Position numbers and translations under genes: made by a program. The notes under the pieces were generated by a model. The model was not told the origin of the DNA and did no database searches. It saw nothing but the letters and a program-made list of their open reading frames with translations. A stretch of 64,000 bases of DNA, filler included, from Globobulimina sp. (lineage: Eukaryota), in assembly GCA_003354225.1 (NCBI GenBank). It is 27 parts of 27 records of this genome, joined end to end, with 100 filler letters (N's around TTAATTAATTAA, not from the genome) between each part and the next. Parts side by side here need not be neighbours in the genome. Positions count along the whole stretch, not along the records: positions 61,729 to 64,000 come from PIVH01007746.1; 26 more parts are not named here. The stretch is one strand, 5' to 3'. Every line of letters starts with the position of its first letter. The first letter of the stretch is position 1. Below are positions 62,463 to 64,000 of this stretch, piece by piece.

Positions 62463-63362
62463 ATGAATGCCTTAAGGGCAAAATTGTTAAATATAAGCAG
62501 CACGCCTGATAATTCACTTTTAGTGTTACGTGAAGCGCTATACCATGGTGCAATGGCGCTTAATGATAATGAGGTAAAAATGATAGCTCAATTACTAAAC
62601 AACCGATTTCAAAATAGTTTTGGAGTCGATATAATAAGTTTTGATCAGCAATTTTTGGAAAATGTTAATACTATTTGTCTTACTAAAATTGTAAAAAATG
62701 AAAAGCTGGTTTTAAAGTCTGAAATAGAAATTATGTTAAATTCGAAGTTTGGACGGGGCATTAATTTTATAAATTTACCACAGGAGGGACGGTCTCCGAT
62801 TTTAAACATATTGGACAGGTTTTACGAAAATTATTTACATTACTACGTCAAATGGCATTGTTTTCGACGGCCGACAATGTCTAATCATTTCTATTTCTCT
62901 GACTATGAACAAGCTCATTATGAACTACCACATACATCAAACACAGAGAGTGAGAAAGTCATATTGAAAAATGCTAAATCTTTCTTGTCCAAATATTTAA
63001 AAATGTTATTAATTCGTCATTTTGATCTAGAACCCGATGTTTTCCCAGCGTTGGCATATTTAAAGTTTTACAAATACGTCAATGATTACATCTTCGACGA
63101 AATCTGTCAAAACGATAAAAAATTTCTTTATGAGTTAGCTTCCAAACGTAGACCAGTTCCTGATGGTTTTGTTTTAAAAAGTCAAATATACTCGAAATTT
63201 TATCACCCAGAAGTGTTGGCTTCGTACATAAGCTCATTTGAATCTTGGGTTAATTTGAAAGATATGGTAGAACCAATTTACGTTACAATGTGTCAATCGG
63301 TATTGGACTTTGTAAAAGCAGAGCCTTATATAAAATTGGGTACTTTTATACCATTTTTGTAA
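62463..63362 (+). CDS. Unknown protein, paralog A (intronless)
   Basis: About 299 aa from ATG 62463; homologous to the downstream ORF. Confidence 0.7.
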   Translation: MNALRAKLLNISSTPDNSLLVLREALYHGAMALNDNEVKMIAQLLNNRFQNSFGVDIISFDQQFLENVNTICLTKIVKNEKLVLKSEIEIMLNSKFGRGINFINLPQEGRSPILNILDRFYENYLHYYVKWHCFRRPTMSNHFYFSDYEQAHYELPHTSNTESEKVILKNAKSFLSKYLKMLLIRHFDLEPDVFPALAYLKFYKYVNDYIFDEICQNDKKFLYELASKRRPVPDGFVLKSQIYSKFYHPEVLASYISSFESWVNLKDMVEPIYVTMCQSVLDFVKAEPYIKLGTFIPFL

Positions 63363-63465
63363 ATTATAATAATACTCAAATAAAATCATAATAAAAGCCT
63401 TAAGGGTAACTTTCCTAAATATAAGAGAGCGTGACTGTTAGTTATCAGTCATAGTCGTACAATAA

Positions 63466-64000
63466 ATGGTGCGAATGATGACCTCTCACTTCCTGTCATT
63501 ATCCCAACATCAGTATGATTTAGCTATAGTCCAAATTGCTAAATTAATTAGTTTTCGGTTTCTAAATTCATTTGGTATACCGTTTGGTTATGACATAAAT
63601 TCTCATATGAAATGTATATGCTATGGCACGACTGCGTTTCAAGCTGAAGATATAGCAATAGTGGAAAAAGATTTTGAACTTCTTGCCAGAAAAGATTTTG
63701 ATTACGACTGCGACTGCCATAAAAGAGAAACTCTTATTTATACTCTAAACTATTTTTATGGTTGTTTTATCAGACAATCTATTAATTGGGCTTTATTCAA
63801 AAAGCCTTTATTACATAAAGATTTTCAAGCAGTCGATTTCGTCACCGCCCATAACGAACTACCAAATTCGATTACTAATATGAGCAGTGGGAAAATATAT
63901 AAAAAAGCTCAACATTTCGTACTTTGGTTTTTAAAATCTATGATCGTTCGTCATTTAGGATTGTTTGACCATGAAATCATGCCTTCATTGATGGCATTGA
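63466..64000 (+). CDS. Unknown protein, paralog B, 3'-partial (absent from the supplied ORF track)
   Basis: Open from ATG 63466 to the window end: MVRMMTSHF...IAKLISFRFLNSFG...WALFKKP...AHNELP...FLKSMIVRHL...IMPSLMAL. Confidence 0.7.
   Translation, partial: MVRMMTSHFLSLSQHQYDLAIVQIAKLISFRFLNSFGIPFGYDINSHMKCICYGTTAFQAEDIAIVEKDFELLARKDFDYDCDCHKRETLIYTLNYFYGCFIRQSINWALFKKPLLHKDFQAVDFVTAHNELPNSITNMSSGKIYKKAQHFVLWFLKSMIVRHLGLFDHEIMPSLMAL

Noticed and set aside
59357-64000. Functional link between the DEP/oxygenase genes and the Bcl-2 cluster
   Set aside because: They lie on different contigs separated by an artificial spacer.

Overview
This window is not one contiguous locus. It is 27 unrelated contigs of 2,272-2,276 bp, sorted by decreasing length and joined by artificial 100-bp spacers (N44-TTAATTAATTAA-N44), so gene neighbourhood is meaningful only within a contig. 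Most contigs come from an AT-rich microbial eukaryote with short GT-AG introns (57-151 nt); the gene families suggest a foraminiferan or other rhizarian (inference). Recognisable genes include proteasome Rpt1, EFL1, a NOL11-like protein, Aurora kinase, two P4-ATPases, a papain-family protease, a cytochrome P450, RasGEF, a Patched/NPC1-like protein, a WWE-PARP, two 2OG-Fe(II) oxygenases, a GH3 fragment, low-MW thioredoxin reductase and an intron-containing bacterial-type Fe-S L-serine dehydratase. Mobile DNA includes an APE-type LINE, a DIRS/Ngaro-like tyrosine-recombinase retrotransposon interrupted by a foreign RNase HI fragment, and a possible P-element-like transposase. The most unusual items are: (i) the last contig, compact and intronless, with a divergent Bok-like Bcl-2 homolog head-to-head with two tandem paralogs of an unknown family, probably from an animal DNA virus; (ii) a GC-rich, hairpin-dense island starting at TTAA|AGG; (iii) a catalytically degenerate DERA-like domain; (iv) a satellite contig with a CTCF-like motif. 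All assignments are by eye from motifs; no database searches were run.
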